A stretch of DNA of 64,000 nt from Octopus vulgaris. Taxonomy: Eukaryota. Under the pieces are notes generated by a model. That model worked only from the letters and a program-made list of their open reading frames with translations, was not told the origin of the DNA and made no database searches. Below, one piece after another: positions 12,100 through 25,975 of the stretch (positions within the stretch are counted from its first letter, which is position 1; each line of letters starts with the position of its first letter). The position numbers and the translations under genes are program-made. Where the stretch lies: assembly GCA_951406725.2 (NCBI GenBank), contig OX597835.1, forward strand, positions 24,180,001 through 24,244,000. The letters are read 5' to 3'.

Positions 12100-12600
12100 T
12101 GTGTTCCTTTGAAACCTAAATTATTGTGGTATCTGGTCCTAACCCTTAATAGTGAAGGTGACACTTTTGAAACTATGTAGTGTCATCCTGTGTAGGGATT
12201 TTTGTAGTTTTCAATGCCAAAGTTTGGTACAAGTTCCTCAAGAACCTTCCAGGCATGTCATATCATATTTTTCTTGTCTTCACTTCAGGAAATAGTTTTA
12301 ATTCTTTCAGTCTTTCCCAGTAACTCATCTGTTGTATCTAAGCCATCTTCTTAGTGTTGCAGCATTGGATTGCTTCAGATTGTGACATTAATTTCACACT
12401 AAGGGACAGAAGGGGCCCATAGTTGAGAGCAGTAGTTAAATGTTAGATGTGCTATTTGCTTGCTTAAATGATTATTGTGACTGTTTCAGGGTAGATATAC
12501 ATAAACATAAAAAGTACCCCACTTCAATAATATTCAAATGTCAAAATTTGCATAAAACACTCTTTATTTGGTAGCAAGGAAACTATAAATAGAAAATAGT
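12100..12600 (-). mobile_element. Degraded CR1/L2-group LINE ORF2 3' fragment
   Basis: Minus strand QQMSYWERLKELKLF resembles the SYWERLxxLxLYSLERRR motif at the C-terminus of CR1/Jockey-group ORF2. Confidence 0.55.
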
Positions 12601-13654
12601 GATTTCTCAATGTAGGTTTGAAGGTCCATTTAATTGTTCCTACTGTTTTATAGTGAAGGTGTACAGTTTGGTGGTTAAGGTGTTGCACTCATGATTAGTG
12701 ATTGCAGGTTCAATTCCTGGACTGGACAGTGTGTTGTTTTGAGCAAAACACTTCATTCCACTTTGCTCTGGTGGGTGGGTGGGGAGAGTGACAGAATCAT
12801 GGAGCGTTGACAGAGAGACTTTATGGTAAATCTCCTTGCTCTCTACATTGTGAGTTCAAATCCTGCTGTCCTGCAGAAGGTAATGGGAAACCACTCCAGT
12901 ATTCATCCGAAGCCTAGTTATGGTAGCCAAAGCTCCAGTAATCAACTTAAACAGTGGCAGGAGAGAGTATGGACCCTCCCAGTTAGCATATATAGTGCTA
13001 AAGAAGGTTCATACTCAAGTGCAGACCACCGCTAGACTGGACTGATTCATTACTGTACCCATGACAAACCCATCTTATATTTTTACAGAGTATCTAGAGA
13101 CCAGCATCATCATCACATGTCCACTTTTCCATGCCTGCATGGGTCAGACAAAATTCATTGAGGCAGAGATATTCAATGGCCAGATGCCCTTCCTGTCACC
13201 AACCCTCACCTATTTCTTAGCAAAGTAATATTTCCCTAGGTTTAGACGTGTCTGTTTCATAAAACACTAGAAAACGAATAATATCCTTGCTAGTATGACG
13301 ATAATGTTCATTTACCATGTCCGCTAAGTTCACTGTCCTCATTCAACAGGGAAACTTCACTGTCATCAATTCAAACTCTTAATAGTGAGATAATGGGGAT
13401 ATATTTTCTCAGTGAACTTTCCTCACAATGAATTGATGGTGGTGAACTTTCCCTGTGGTGAGCTTATCTGTAATCCGCTTTTACAATCATCACATGATGT
13501 CTAGTCAGAAATACAAACACACAGAGACATTGGAGCACAGCACAGCCCCACATCGCACTGGTTCCCTGTCAACCATCCAATCTATGCCAACATGGAAAGC
13601 AGATTTCAAATGGTGGTGATGATATATATAAATATAGATTTGATGATACGACCA

Positions 13655-13825
13655 GGAAAAATAAAACTCAAAATATGAGGATATTTTTATTAATATTTAG
13701 CAGAAACAAGAGTGGCCCAAGGGCCAAGAGTTTTGTGCATTGGCACTTTTACATTGTTTGATAAGTGCCAGTGCAAGAAGCTCTTGGCCCTTGAATCACT
13801 CTGTTGCTTCTGCTAAATATTTATA
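13655..13825. mobile_element. Foldback element family H2 with hammerhead-like core (second copy about 17513-17665)
   Basis: About 60-bp inverted arms; combining the arms of both copies gives (C)UGAU(G)A-GUGC CAAU GCAC-GAAACUC-uuggcccuu-GAGUC. Confidence 0.6.
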
Positions 13826-15484
13826 TATATATATATATTCGATGACTGGCATCCGTGCTAGTGGAGCACTAAGAGCACAATCCGAGTGTGATCGTTGCCA
13901 GAGCGACTAACTGGCTTCCGTGCCAGTGGCATGTAAAAAGCATCATTCAAGCGTGATTGTTACCAGCATCGCTTTACTGGCACTTGTGCCGGTGACATGT
14001 GAAAAACATTCAAGCGAGGTCGTTGCCAGTGCCGCTGGACTGGCTCCTGTGTAGGTGGCGCATAAAAAGCACCATTTGAACGTGGCATGTAAAAGCACCC
14101 ACTACACTCTTGGAGTGGTTGGCATTAGGAATGGTATCCAGCTGTAGAAACTCTGCTAGATCAAGATTGGAGCCTGGTGCAGCGACCTGGTTCACCAGTC
14201 CTCAGTCAAATCATCCAACCCATGCTAGCATGGAATGCAGATGTTAAACGATGATGATATATATACACACACACACACATATTTCTGACACTCTGTCAGT
14301 TACGATGATGAGGGTTCTAGCTGATCTGATCTACTGAACAGCCTGCTCATGAAATAAACATGCAAATAGCTGAGTACTCCATAGACACGTGTGCCCTAAA
14401 TGTAATTCCCAGGGAGACTCAGCATGACACAAAATGTGACATGGCTGGCTCTTTGAAATACAGGTACTACACATTTTTTGCCAGCTGAGTGGACTGGAGC
14501 AACACGAAATAAAGCATCTTGCTCAAAGACACAATGTTCCGCCAGGAATTGAACTCATGACCTTACAATCGGGAACTGAATACCCTAACCACTAAGCCAC
14601 ATGCCTTCACATGCACATATGACCAACTTCTTTCAGTTTCCTTCTTCCAAACTCACAAGGTTACAGTTGATCTAGGGACATAGTAAAAGTCACTTGACCA
14701 AGATACTGCACAGGGAACAGTATGCAATAATGTAGCCAAGAGGAAGGCCCTGAAATGGTGTGCATTTGCTTCTGATAAATTCATAACCCTGCTGGTGTCC
14801 GATATGTTGAACATTCAACAGGTGGCACTTGTGTGTCTGCAAATTATATTTGTAAAAGTAAAATTCAGGAGAACTGAAACAGAATAAAAATATTCCGCTT
14901 CTGAAGTTTAATTATTATACACTTTACTATAATAATTCCTAGATTTTCTGCAGTATGGTGAAGTTAAATTAGATCCTAAACTCAACTGTTGTGTTACTTG
15001 ATAGCCAAACCCTTTGTGGAGTGCTTACTGTGAGTTCTGTTTGATTTTCTGAATCCTTGTTTGTATTTGTGTGCATCACCACCATGCTGGCAAGGGTTGG
15101 ACAGTTCGACAGGTGTTGGCTAGGCAGAAGACTGCACCAGGTTTCAGTGTCTGTTTTGGCATAATTTTCTATGGTTGGATGCCTTTCCTAACAGTGACCA
15201 CCATGCAGAGTGGACTGAGCGATTTTTATGTGGCTCCAGTATATATGAGGTTTACTACAGCTGTTTTGAACCTGTTTTTTTCTTTATGAACAGATCAATT
15301 ACATCATGTAAAAAAAACCTGTTTTCTTCAGGTGAATTAATAGTAAAATTTAACATTTAGGATTTTTCACACAAATAGTATATAATGCATATTGACCCTC
15401 TCATCTTGGTGTCAGCTCAGAGGGTAATCCTATCAGATTTTGAAAATTTGTATGTATATACATGATAAATCGTTAGCTACTATA

Positions 15485-15652
15485 CACATTTTTTTTTCTC
15501 TCCTTGGTTTTTTCTGTGTATCTTTCTGTAGAAGAGCGTAGGCTCAAAACATAAAAGACTTTTTCTATTCCTGAGTGCTATACTAATACATCTGTTTGTT
15601 TGTACACCACCTGCCTTCGTCTTTTGTTTATTTTTGTAAACTTTCCCTTTGT
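15485..15652 (+). mobile_element. Penelope-like terminal fragment family H4 (second copy about 61840-62000)
   Basis: Shared tctttctgt.gaagagcgtaggctc.aaacataaaagact motif and 3' body ending in (TA)n. Confidence 0.55.
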
Positions 15653-15905
15653 ATATATATATATATATATATAGTTTAAAGATTCAAATGATAGAATAAA
15701 CAAAAAAATGTTCTCCATCCAATGAGTTAGATCAATTTAAATAGACAACTGAAAGAGCTACTAATAGTTCCATGCTTTTATGGTACTTGAACATGCATAT
15801 TTATAATCTTTAAGCTACATGCTATATTTTATAAATTTGCCTGTTCAAGTACCATAAAAGAATGAAACTATTTGCATCTCTTTCAGTGGTGTATTTGAAT
15901 TGATG

Positions 15906-15937
<32 letters not shown>

Positions 15938-16694
15938 ATGTGTCCATTTGCATATGCATGTATATACATGTGTGTCTATGCATATGGAAATTGTAGCTGT
16001 GATACAAGTGCCGGGGGCACGTAAGAGAACCATCCGAATGTGGCCGTTGCCAGTGCCGCCCCGACTGGCCTCCGAGCCGGTGGCACATAAAAAGCACCAT
16101 CCGATCATGGCCATTTGCCAGCCTCGTCTGGCACCTGTGTCGGTGGCACGTAAAAAGCACCCACTACATTCATGGAGTGGTTGGCGTTAGGAAGGGCATC
16201 CAGCTGTAGAAACACTACCAGATCAGACTGGGCCTGGTGCAGCCTTCTGGCTTCCCAGACCCCGGTCGAACCATCCAACCCATGCTAGCATGGAAAGCGG
16301 ACGCTAAACGATGATGATGATGTATACCTTTGTCTTCATAGCATGTGATTCTGGTTAACAAGCATCACAATCTCACAAACAATGTGTAATGCTACACTGG
16401 TCTTTGCCAGAAATATTTGATCCTAGGCTGACAGGTTTTTTTTCTTTCTCATTCAGAGTTGACTCGGGGCTAAATAACAACAACAACAACATCAGCAACT
16501 CTTTGTATTCTTTGGAGGTCAAAGAGACTGCTAATGTTTTTACATAAAAAAATCAAGAACAAAGTCAATAATAGGCTTTACATTTTACCGTCCCTATACA
16601 CTTGTACTCCTAGCTACAATAGACTTAGCCTTGTGCTCACTGAAAAAAAAAAAACTAAAAATCAATACATCTATATATATATACATATATATAT

Positions 16695-17145
16695 ATATAT
16701 GTGTGTGTGTGTGTTTGTATATTGTATATATATGTATGTTGTGTGGATATGTGTGTGTGTGTTTGTATATTGTATATATATGTATGTTGTGTGGATATAT
16801 ATGTGTGTGTGTGTGTTTGTATATTATATATATATGTATGTTGTGTGGATATATGTGTGTGTGTATATTATATATATATGTATGTTGTGTGGATATATGT
16901 GTGTGTGTGTGTGTTTGTATATTATATATATATATGTATGTTGTGTGGATATATGTGTGTGTGTGTTTGTATATTATATATATATGTATGTTGTGTGGAT
17001 ATGTGTGTGTGTGTTTGTATATTATATATATATGTATGTTGTGTGGATATATGTGTGTGTATGTTTGTATATTATATATATATATGTTGTGTGGATATAT
17101 GTGTGTGTGTGTTTGTATATTATATGTATGTTGTGTGGATAAATA
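16695..17145. repeat. Compound minisatellite, about 45-bp unit (tatatgtatgttgtgtggatatatgtgtgtgtgtttgtatatta)
   Basis: About ten units with variable (TA)n/(TG)n lengths. Confidence 0.9.
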
Positions 17146-17435
17146 TGTGTGAGGAATGTGTGTGTACATGTATATCTATGTGAGGTATGTGTGTATATAT
17201 ATGTGTATGTATGTATATGTAATTGCTTTTTGTGCCTGCTGTTTCTTTCCTTTAGTGTTTATCTTTTTCTTTGCTTTTGTATGTTTTGTTACCCAGGTTT
17301 TATATATGGTATGATATAACTCTTTAAACAGATCAATACAACACACACACATACATGCACATTTTTTCTATTAAAAATAGCATTTTGATTGTGTGTGTGC
17401 ACATGTCATATGCATAAAATACATTACGGACATTA

Positions 17436-17477
<42 letters not shown>

Positions 17478-18427
17478 TGCGTGTGCCCACAGACACATTT
17501 ATACATTTGCAAACAGGAAAGTAGAACTCAAAACATGAGTTTGTGTATATAAATATTTTATCATTAATGATCGGCAGAAGTTGCAGAGTGACTCAAGGGC
17601 CAAGAGTTTCAATGCATGAAATTCTGGGCCCTTAGATCACTCTGTAACTTCTATTCATTAATAATAATAATAATAATAATAAGTTTTTCTACTAAAGGCA
17701 CAAGGCCTGAAATTTGGTGGGAAGAGACTTGTCAATCATATCGAGCCCCAATTTTTTTCACTGGTACTTAATTTATCGACCCCCCTGAAAGGATGAAAGG
17801 CAAAGTCTACCTCGGAATTTGAACTCAGAATGTAGTGATGGGTGAAATACTGCTAAGCATTTCATCCAGCTTGCTAACCTCTCTGCCAGCTCGCTGCCTT
17901 ATTTGATAATAATATTAATAATTATCACCATTTAATGTCCTTCTTCTATTGCATAGCTTTCAGAGTCATTGGGGTATGCAAGCCACCACATCACAACAAG
18001 GATTGGACCATGTGGTAGATTACAGAACTAATTGTTGACCAACATAAGAGGTCAGTGTAATATGCTAAGGGGCTGCTAGAGTAAATACCTGCGATATTTA
18101 GTTGTCTCTGTAGCCATCCTAGTTTCAAATCATACCAAGTTCAACATTGCCTGTTGTCTCTTTTAGAGACAAAATACCATTCATGTTTGTCCAGTATTGA
18201 TTAAATCCCTCCCCGCAACAAACATGTAGCATTGTGTTAAAGTTAGAAATGAATACATTACTGTATAGAATTTGCTTAAGCCATCTGGCTGTGTTGTTAG
18301 CAAACTTGCTTCCCAACCATGTAGTTTTGGGTTTGATCCTAGCTTGAGTAAATCTCTTCTGCTATAGCCATGGGCTGACCAAAGCTTTGTGAACACATTT
18401 GATTAACAGAAACTGAAAGAAGCCTAT

Positions 18428-18850
18428 AAGGTGGCGAGCTGGCAGAAACATTAGCATGCCAGACGAAATGCTTAGCAGTATTTCATCTGCCGTTACGTTC
18501 TGAGTTCAAATTCTGCCGCGGTCAACTCTGCCTTTCATCCTTTCGGAGTCAATAAATTAAGTACCAGTTACGCACCGGGGTCGATGTAATTGACTTAATT
18601 CCTTTTTGTCTGTCCTTGTTTGTCCTCTCTGTGGTTAGCCCCTTGTGGGTAGTAAAGAAATAGGTATTTCATCTGCCATTTCATTCTGAGTTCAAATTCC
18701 GCCAAGGTTGACTTTGCCTTTCATCCTTCCGGGGTCGATAAATTAGATACCAGTTACGCACCGGGGTTGATGTAATCAACTTAATCCCATTGTCTGTCCT
18801 TGTTTGTCCCCTCTGTGTTTAGCCCCTTGTGGGCAATAAAGAAATAAGAA
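18428..18850 (+). mobile_element. SINE family A, head-to-tail dimer
   Basis: A full copy followed by a 5'-truncated copy; inserted into a SINE B at gaaactgaaagaagcc (duplicated at about 18409 and 18848). Confidence 0.85.
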
Positions 18851-19619
18851 ACTGAAAGAAGCCTGCCATTTCATATATGCATATACATATGTAAGTATGC
18901 ATGTGTAAGTTTGTATGTATGCATGTATAAGCATATGTATATGAATGTATAAACGAGTGTGTGTTAGTGTCTCCTTGTCTTGATATCACATTGGCTGTAA
19001 ATGAGTTTCACCATCATACAAGCAGTGTCATTAATTTCCAATCTTCCTTGAAAACATGTCCAGCCACAAGGAAATATTACCTTCACTTGGAAATAGATGA
19101 AGGTTTGTGATGGGAAGGACATCCAGCCATAGAAAATCTACCTCAGTAAATTCTGTCCAACCCATGCCAGCATGGAAAAGTGGGTGCTAAAACGATGATG
19201 ATGATATATGTATATTCTTTTAAAATTACATCAGAAACTTGTTTTCTATAAAAAAATATTTTTTCCTTTTCTTTTGTATTTTTGTCAACAACTTACCTCT
19301 ACATTATATTACAACCTGTTTCTACATATTTCTAAGCTGGCCTTGAGGTGTCAAATAAACCTATATGTTGCTTGCGTGTTGCAGTATGGCCAGGCTCAAA
19401 AATAAAGAAATTAAATTTCTCCATGGCAACATTTCTAACAAGTATACATTGTGCTTCAGTTAATTAACCATTTGTAAAGATTTAGCTAAAAAAAAAAAAG
19501 AAAAGAAAGAAAAAAAAGACCTTATAAAATTATATCAAAACAGTGTTTAAAGAATAACTTAAAAAGACAAGCATTATTGGTACGTTGGCATATTAAGGTG
19601 GCTGTTTGAAACATAACTG

Positions 19620-20012
19620 CGCAGGAATGGCTGTGTGGTAAGTAGCTTGTTTACCAACCACATGGTTCCGGGTTCAGTCCCACTGCATGGCACCTTGGGC
19701 AAGTGTCTTCTACTATAGCCTCGGGCCGACCAAAGCCTTGTGACTGGATTTGGTAGACGGAAACTGAAAGAAGCCCGTCATATATATGTATATATATATA
19801 TATGCGTTTGTGTGTCTGTGTTTGTCCCCCTAGCATTGCTTGACAACCGATGCTGGTGTGTTTATGTCCCCGTTACTTAGCGGTTCGGCAAAGGAGACCG
19901 ATAGAATAAGTACTGGGCTTACAAAAGAATAAGTCTCGGGGTCGAGTTGCTCGATTAAAAAGGCAGTGCTCCAGCATGGCCGCAGTCAAATGACTGAAAC
20001 AAGTAAAAGAGT
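19620..20012 (+). mobile_element. SINE family B, near full length
   Basis: Complete head-to-tail match to the copies at 41542 and 47602. Confidence 0.85.
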
Positions 20013-20089
20013 ATTGCTGTTCACTGGTATATTAATATGGTGTTTGGAACAATGGAAGACAGACGTATATTGGTACGTTTAGCTGTTTT

Positions 20090-20690
20090 TCTGCCCCGTG
20101 TATAATGTGATACATGGGACATATTTTCTTGGCATCCATGCATCATATATCACACATATTACCAATTTTTTTCGACCACCAGAGAGTAACTTGGGGCTTA
20201 TGAAAGGAAAGCATTATGTTATTCAAAACTTATGAAACAGCGTTCACTAAAAATCTGAAAATGAGCAAGGATATGTGTGTGTGTTTGTGTCTGTGTTTGT
20301 CCCCTACCTTTGACCTTTCACCTGTTTCATGTATCACATGTGATGCACAGGACATATTTCCCTGGTGTCCACGCATCGTATATGATACACGTTACGAATT
20401 GTTTTTCAACCACCAGAGAGTAATTTTAGACTTAGGGAAGCTTTATATTGCTCTGAACATATGAAACAAGGGTTAACTAAAAGTTTAAAAGCAACCCTAG
20501 ACCCCTTTAGCCCTTTGCCTTTCCTGTTTATCACATGTGATGCACAGGACATATTTCCTTGATGTCCATACATCATATACGATACACATTACCAAATTTT
20601 TCCTCCATCACCAGAATAACTTAAGACGTAAAAAAGGGAAGCTTTACATTACTCGGAATGTATGAAACGAGGGCAAATGGAAAAGTCTGG
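20090..20690. repeat. Three diverged ~200-230 bp direct repeats, probably transposon-internal
   Basis: tgtgatgcacaggacatattt...caccagagagtaa...tatgaaaca occurs three times. Confidence 0.6.
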
Positions 20691-20999
20691 AAACAAGAAT
20701 GGGTGTTTCCAACAAACTTATGAAAATACTTTGGTCAGTAATATTTGGCAGCTAGTTGTCTTAGGAATGTTGGTCATGAAAGAGTCCAATTAGTGACCAA
20801 AGAAATTACATATGATGAATTTTCTGTAATTTAAATCTGTTTGGTTCTGTAACCCTCTGGCAGAATGTTCCATCCAGAGAAAATCAAACACTTGGTTTTT
20901 TGGTTTTTTGTTACTTACCTCCCACTGCCTTCAATTTAATTATAGTTTGAAGGTGTAATAATCCTGCTAAAGACAGATGCCATTATTTAAGTGTAGAGA

Positions 21000-21910
21000 A
21001 AGCGGCAAGCTCACAGAATCGTTAGCATGTGGGCAAAATGCTTAATGGCATTTCGTCTGCCTTTATGTGCTGAGTTCAAATCCCACTGAGGTCACCTTTG
21101 CCTTTCATCCCTTCAGGGTTCATAAGATAAATACAAGTTGTGCATTGGGGTTCAATCTAACCAACTTACCCCCTAAATTTACTGGTCTTATGCCAGAATT
21201 TGAAACCCTTATTTAAACATGGAGAAGGCAGTGAGTTGGTAGAGTCCTTAGTATGTCAGCCGAAATGGTTAGCAGCCTTTCTTCTAGTTTGTTATGTCCT
21301 GAGTTCAAATACCATCAATGTCAGCTTTGCTTTTCATATTTTGCATTGATAAAATAAATACCAGTCAAATATTGGAGATTGGGGGAGGATTAATGTGATC
21401 AACCACCCTCTTTTCCTACAATTACTGGCTTTGTGCCAAAATTTGAAAGAATTTAAAGCTGGTGAACTAGCAGAATTGTTTAGATGTGGGGACGAAATGC
21501 TTAGTGGCGTTTCTTCAGACTCTTTATGCTCTGAGTTCAAATTCCACCGAGGTCAACTTTGCCTTTCATTCTTTAGGGTTGACAAATTAAGTGCCAGTTG
21601 AGTGCTGGGGTTGATGTAATCCACTGACCGTCCCACCAAAGTTTCTGGCACTTGTGCCTCCAGTAGTAAGCATGATTATTACTGAGGTGGTCAGCTAAGG
21701 CAGCAAGGTGGCAGAATAGTTAGCACACCAGGTGAAATCTTAGCAGTATTTTGTCTGTCTTCATGTTCTGGGTTCAAATTCTACTGATGTCGATTTTGCC
21801 TTTCATCCTTTCAGGGTTGATGAATTAAGTACCAGTGAAAAACTGGGGTTGATGTAATTCACTAGTCTCCTTCCCACACAATTTCAAGCCTTGTGCCTTT
21901 AGCAGAAAAG
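21000..21910 (+). mobile_element. Cluster of four diverged SINE A copies
   Basis: Repeated ctgagttcaaat...gcctttcatcc cores, all on the + strand. Confidence 0.75.
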
Positions 21911-22242
21911 ATTATATACTATACATGTAGGCCACAGACAAATGCAAAAATAATAAGAAAAAAAAAGAATAAACAAAAATACATCAAAAGTAGGTTATTA
22001 CAAATAAAAGTTTTGATTTAGATTAGAGACTGGCAATGCTGTGATAGATTTCATAACAATCAATTTATTTTAAAAGCATTTAAAATCAGGCATAGTTGCG
22101 TGGTTAAGAAAGTCACTTTTCAACTACATGGTTCTTGGGTTCAGTCCCATTGTACAGCACCTTGGGCAAATGTCTTTTAGTACAGATCTAGGTTGATCAA
22201 TGCCTTCTGTATAAATTTGGTACATAGGAATTGTGTGCAAGC

Positions 22243-22275
<33 letters not shown>

Positions 22276-22669
22276 CAGCAGCACCATTATTGTTTAACAT
22301 CTGCCTTCCATGCTGGCATGGGTTGTACAGTTTAACAGAAGCTGGCTAGGCAGGATTCTGCATCAAACTTCTGTGGCTGTTTTGGCATGGTTTTTACAGG
22401 TGGATGCCCTTCCTAACACCCACCCAACAGGTGTGTCCTTGTATTTGCCCCTCACCACTTCAGTTTTTTGCTCAAGAATACAGCGCATTGCCCTGTCCAG
22501 GGATCATCTAAGCCAGGAAGGGCTCACCCTTCCTGGAGTGATGTAGGTTTGTGAGATGAAAACCTGAAAACGTAGATTAGTACAATCAAGTCAGATCCTG
22601 AATTGATATCTGGTCCTTGCGTATATGGTCTGGGCTGTCTTAGCAGTATTATAGGCCTCAGGAAAAATC

Positions 22670-23180
22670 AGTGCATTGGACCCCATACTATTTATTCATT
22701 GACACCTAGCCACAGCATACATAGATCAGAATTGAGGCCCCTGTGGAAATCAGTTGACTGGGCCCTATAGTATGTATTTATTGTTAGCAAACCACAGCAC
22801 AGATAGATCAGAGTTGGGCCCTTAGATTTCTGAGACAAATCGCTGCACTGAGTCCTATAGCATTTATTGACAGTAAGCCACAACATACATAGATCAGAAT
22901 TGTGCCCTGTGAGGCCCCTGAACAAATCAGTTTACTAGGCCCTTTAGTACTTATTTATTGACTGCAAGCTACAGCATATATAGATTAGAATTGAGGCCTT
23001 AGATTTCTGAGACCCTCTATGTAGTTAAATCATTGCACTAAGCCCTATAGTATTGATTGATAGTAAGCCACAATATACATAAATCAGAATTTGGCCCTTA
23101 GACCTGAGAAGCCCAAGGGCAAATCAATTTACTGGACCCTATAGTATCTATTTTATTGACAGCAAGCCACAGCATATATA
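22670..23180. repeat. Degenerate ~70-85 bp tandem repeat
   Basis: gccacagcatacatagatcagaattgaggccc...aaatca...ccctatagta repeated about six times. Confidence 0.7.
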
Positions 23181-23185
23181 TAGCT

Positions 23186-23417
23186 TAAGGTGGCGAGCTG
23201 GCAGAAACGTTAGCACACCGGGCGAAATGCTTTCCAGTATTTTGTCTGTCATTACGTTCTGAGTTCAAATTCCGCCGAGGTCGACTTTGCCTTTCATCCT
23301 TTTGGGGTCAATAAATTAAGTACCAGTTTCGCACTGGGGTTGATGTAATCGACTTAATCCCTTTGTCTATCCTTGTTTGTCCCCTCTATGTTTAGCCCCT
23401 TGTGGGTAATAAAGAAA
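23186..23417 (+). mobile_element. SINE family A, young copy
   Basis: Near-consensus sequence, flanked by a catatatatagct direct repeat (TSD). Confidence 0.88.
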
Positions 23418-23489
23418 CATATATATAGCTGAAAATTGGTCCCCTATATAGGAAACTGCCCTGTGTTTACAAGCCTTAAGATGACCCTG

Positions 23490-24490
23490 TATATGGTGTC
23501 CACCACTAGGACAATCTCCATCTTGGGTACCTGTGATTACAGAGCAGGTTCAGTTTTAGTTCACAGTACTGTAGCCTTGCTGGTTGCAGCTGGCTTCACC
23601 CACCCTGGATGGTTGTTGACATGGGTTCAAAGTACAAGTAGGTACTTCTAAACAGATGTTGCCTCTCTGTCTTCATACCACAGGAAAAGGTGTGAATCCC
23701 ACTTTTCCTATCGTACTAGTGATTCCCATCCAGAATATGTACACCAGGGAAACCAGGAAACCAGCTCTATGCTCGTCATGGAATAATGTGGACTAATCAA
23801 CTTTATCACTCTAAATATCTAATCAACCCCAATCACTCTTGCCATACCCCCACCCCTTTGAAAAACTTAATTCTTCAATCTGGATCATCTTCATTGAGAC
23901 CAGAGATTATTCTTGGAATGGAACTTTTCCAATGATGATGCTGTGCTTGGAAGAACTTGATTTTGAAATTCCTCTCTCTTGGATCACTTGCTGCACAGAC
24001 TTTCTTGAACTCTGGCAATACATTTCTGGTACCCTTTCATGCTTTGTGGTGTTCATTGATGCCTGCAGCCTTCTGGAATGTTTCTTGTGGGCATTTTGAA
24101 TGGTTCCATCCACTACAAACTTTAATCCAACTCCAGTGATGGTCATGTATGTGGATTGTCTAAGACTCCATTTTAAATTGTCTTTGCCATTTGACTGCCA
24201 TTTCATCCTTTCAGTAGCAATTTAGTATGAATTTCTTAGTTTGGCTCCCTTCATTATTGCTTAATGAGTTATCCCACTAATTTTGGCTTTACCTTTCATC
24301 CTATCCAGGTTGATAAATTAAGTACCAGTTATGCACTGGGGTCATGTAAACAACAAGACCCCTTCCCAAAATTTCAGGCTTTGTGCCTAAGGTAGAAAGA
24401 ATTATGTCTAATGGGCTAAATCTAAAATTAAATTAAAATTGAGTTAACAGTTGTTAAAATGTGCATAAATTTTTTTTGAGACTCTGTGTA
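23490..24490 (-). mobile_element. Degraded Tc1/mariner-superfamily transposase remnant
   Basis: Minus strand gives KF..GTIQNAHKKHSRR...S.RKSVQQ...GISKSS and, after a frameshift, LNEDDPD*R, typical of the Tc1/mariner N-terminal HTH and linker; multiple stops. Confidence 0.6.
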
Positions 24491-24719
24491 TATATTTTAA
24501 AAAGAAAAACATCAGGTTTATTTCACCTATTTCTGAACAATTGAACAAATTGGTTTCTTTAAACATTTTTTTGGTAATTCTTTTGTTATACCCAACATTA
24601 AATTTTCTGTTAGCATAAAAACTTTTATTTGGTTGACATTGACTTTTTTAGAGATGAAAAAGCATGAAAAATATTTCTTTATAAGAGCAAATAAAAAAAT
24701 CATCATCATTATTATTTTA

Positions 24720-24764
<45 letters not shown>

Positions 24765-25897
24765 GAGGTGGTGAGTTGGCAGAACCGTTAGCATGCTGGA
24801 TAAAATGCTTAGTGGTATTTCACCCATCACTATGTTCTGAGTTCAAATTCTGCTGAGGTCAACTTTGCCCTTCATCATTTCGGGGTTGATAAACTAAGTA
24901 ACAGTTGAGTCCTCGAGGTCGATGTAACTGAGTAGACCCCTCCCACAAATTTCAGGCCCTGTACCTTTAGTAGAAAGGATTTGGTAGAAAGGATTATTAT
25001 TATTAATATCATTGTTATTATTGTTATTATTATTAAGGTGGCGAGCTGGCAGAATAGTTAGCACACTGGATGAAATGCTTACAATGTAGTGAATGGTGAA
25101 ATACTGCTAAGCGTTGTGAGTTCAAATTCCACTGAGGTTGACTTTGCCTTTCATACTTTCAGGGTCGATAAGTTAAGTACCAGTGAAACATTGGGGGGCA
25201 ATGTAATCAACTAGTCCCCTCCCCAAAATGGATGCCCTTGTGGAAAAATTTGAAATGATTATTATTATTATTAATGAAGATGATAGCAAAAATTAAGTGT
25301 ATGTCTGAACACTTTGGATATTCTTCTTTAGTGTTTAAACCGGCCATATCTGGCCCAGATATTCTACATGTTTTATATTCAAATTGGCCATATCTAGCCC
25401 CTCACACCTAACCTACATTGACATTCTAAAAATAAACAATCACATCATTGAAACCTCAAAGCTATAAGATAATGCCAGATTAATTCAAAACAATTTGAGT
25501 GAAAAAGTATTACATTTAACAGAGTAATCTGAACACTAAAGGGTTAAAATGGAAAGTTTTGTGTGAAACAAGATTAAGAATCACATCAGGACATCACTGA
25601 ATGGATTTAAAAGAAGATTTAAGACTGAGATACAACTTTCTCTGTGATGAAATGTTTTAAAAGTTGTTGATTGGCTGAAATGTGAAAGAGTGGTGATGAT
25701 GATGGTGGTAGTGGTGGTAATGGTGGTGGTGGTGGTGGTGGTGATGGGGATAATGGGTATTAAGATTTAAGTGTGTGTGTGTGTGGGGGGGGGAGAATTT
25801 CTAGAATCTGACTGTGTGATAAAAATGATGCTTTTTTATATAATTTCTGCTGTACATGTTACAAATATTTTGTGAAATAATGTAGGCTTTACACTGC

Positions 25898-25935
25898 TTT
25901 ATATATGTATATATATAAATATATATGTATGTATG

Positions 25936-25975
<40 letters not shown>

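Noticed and set aside
23907-24206. 99-aa minus-strand ORF as a host exon
   Set aside because: Matches a decayed Tc1/mariner transposase N-terminus with frameshifts.
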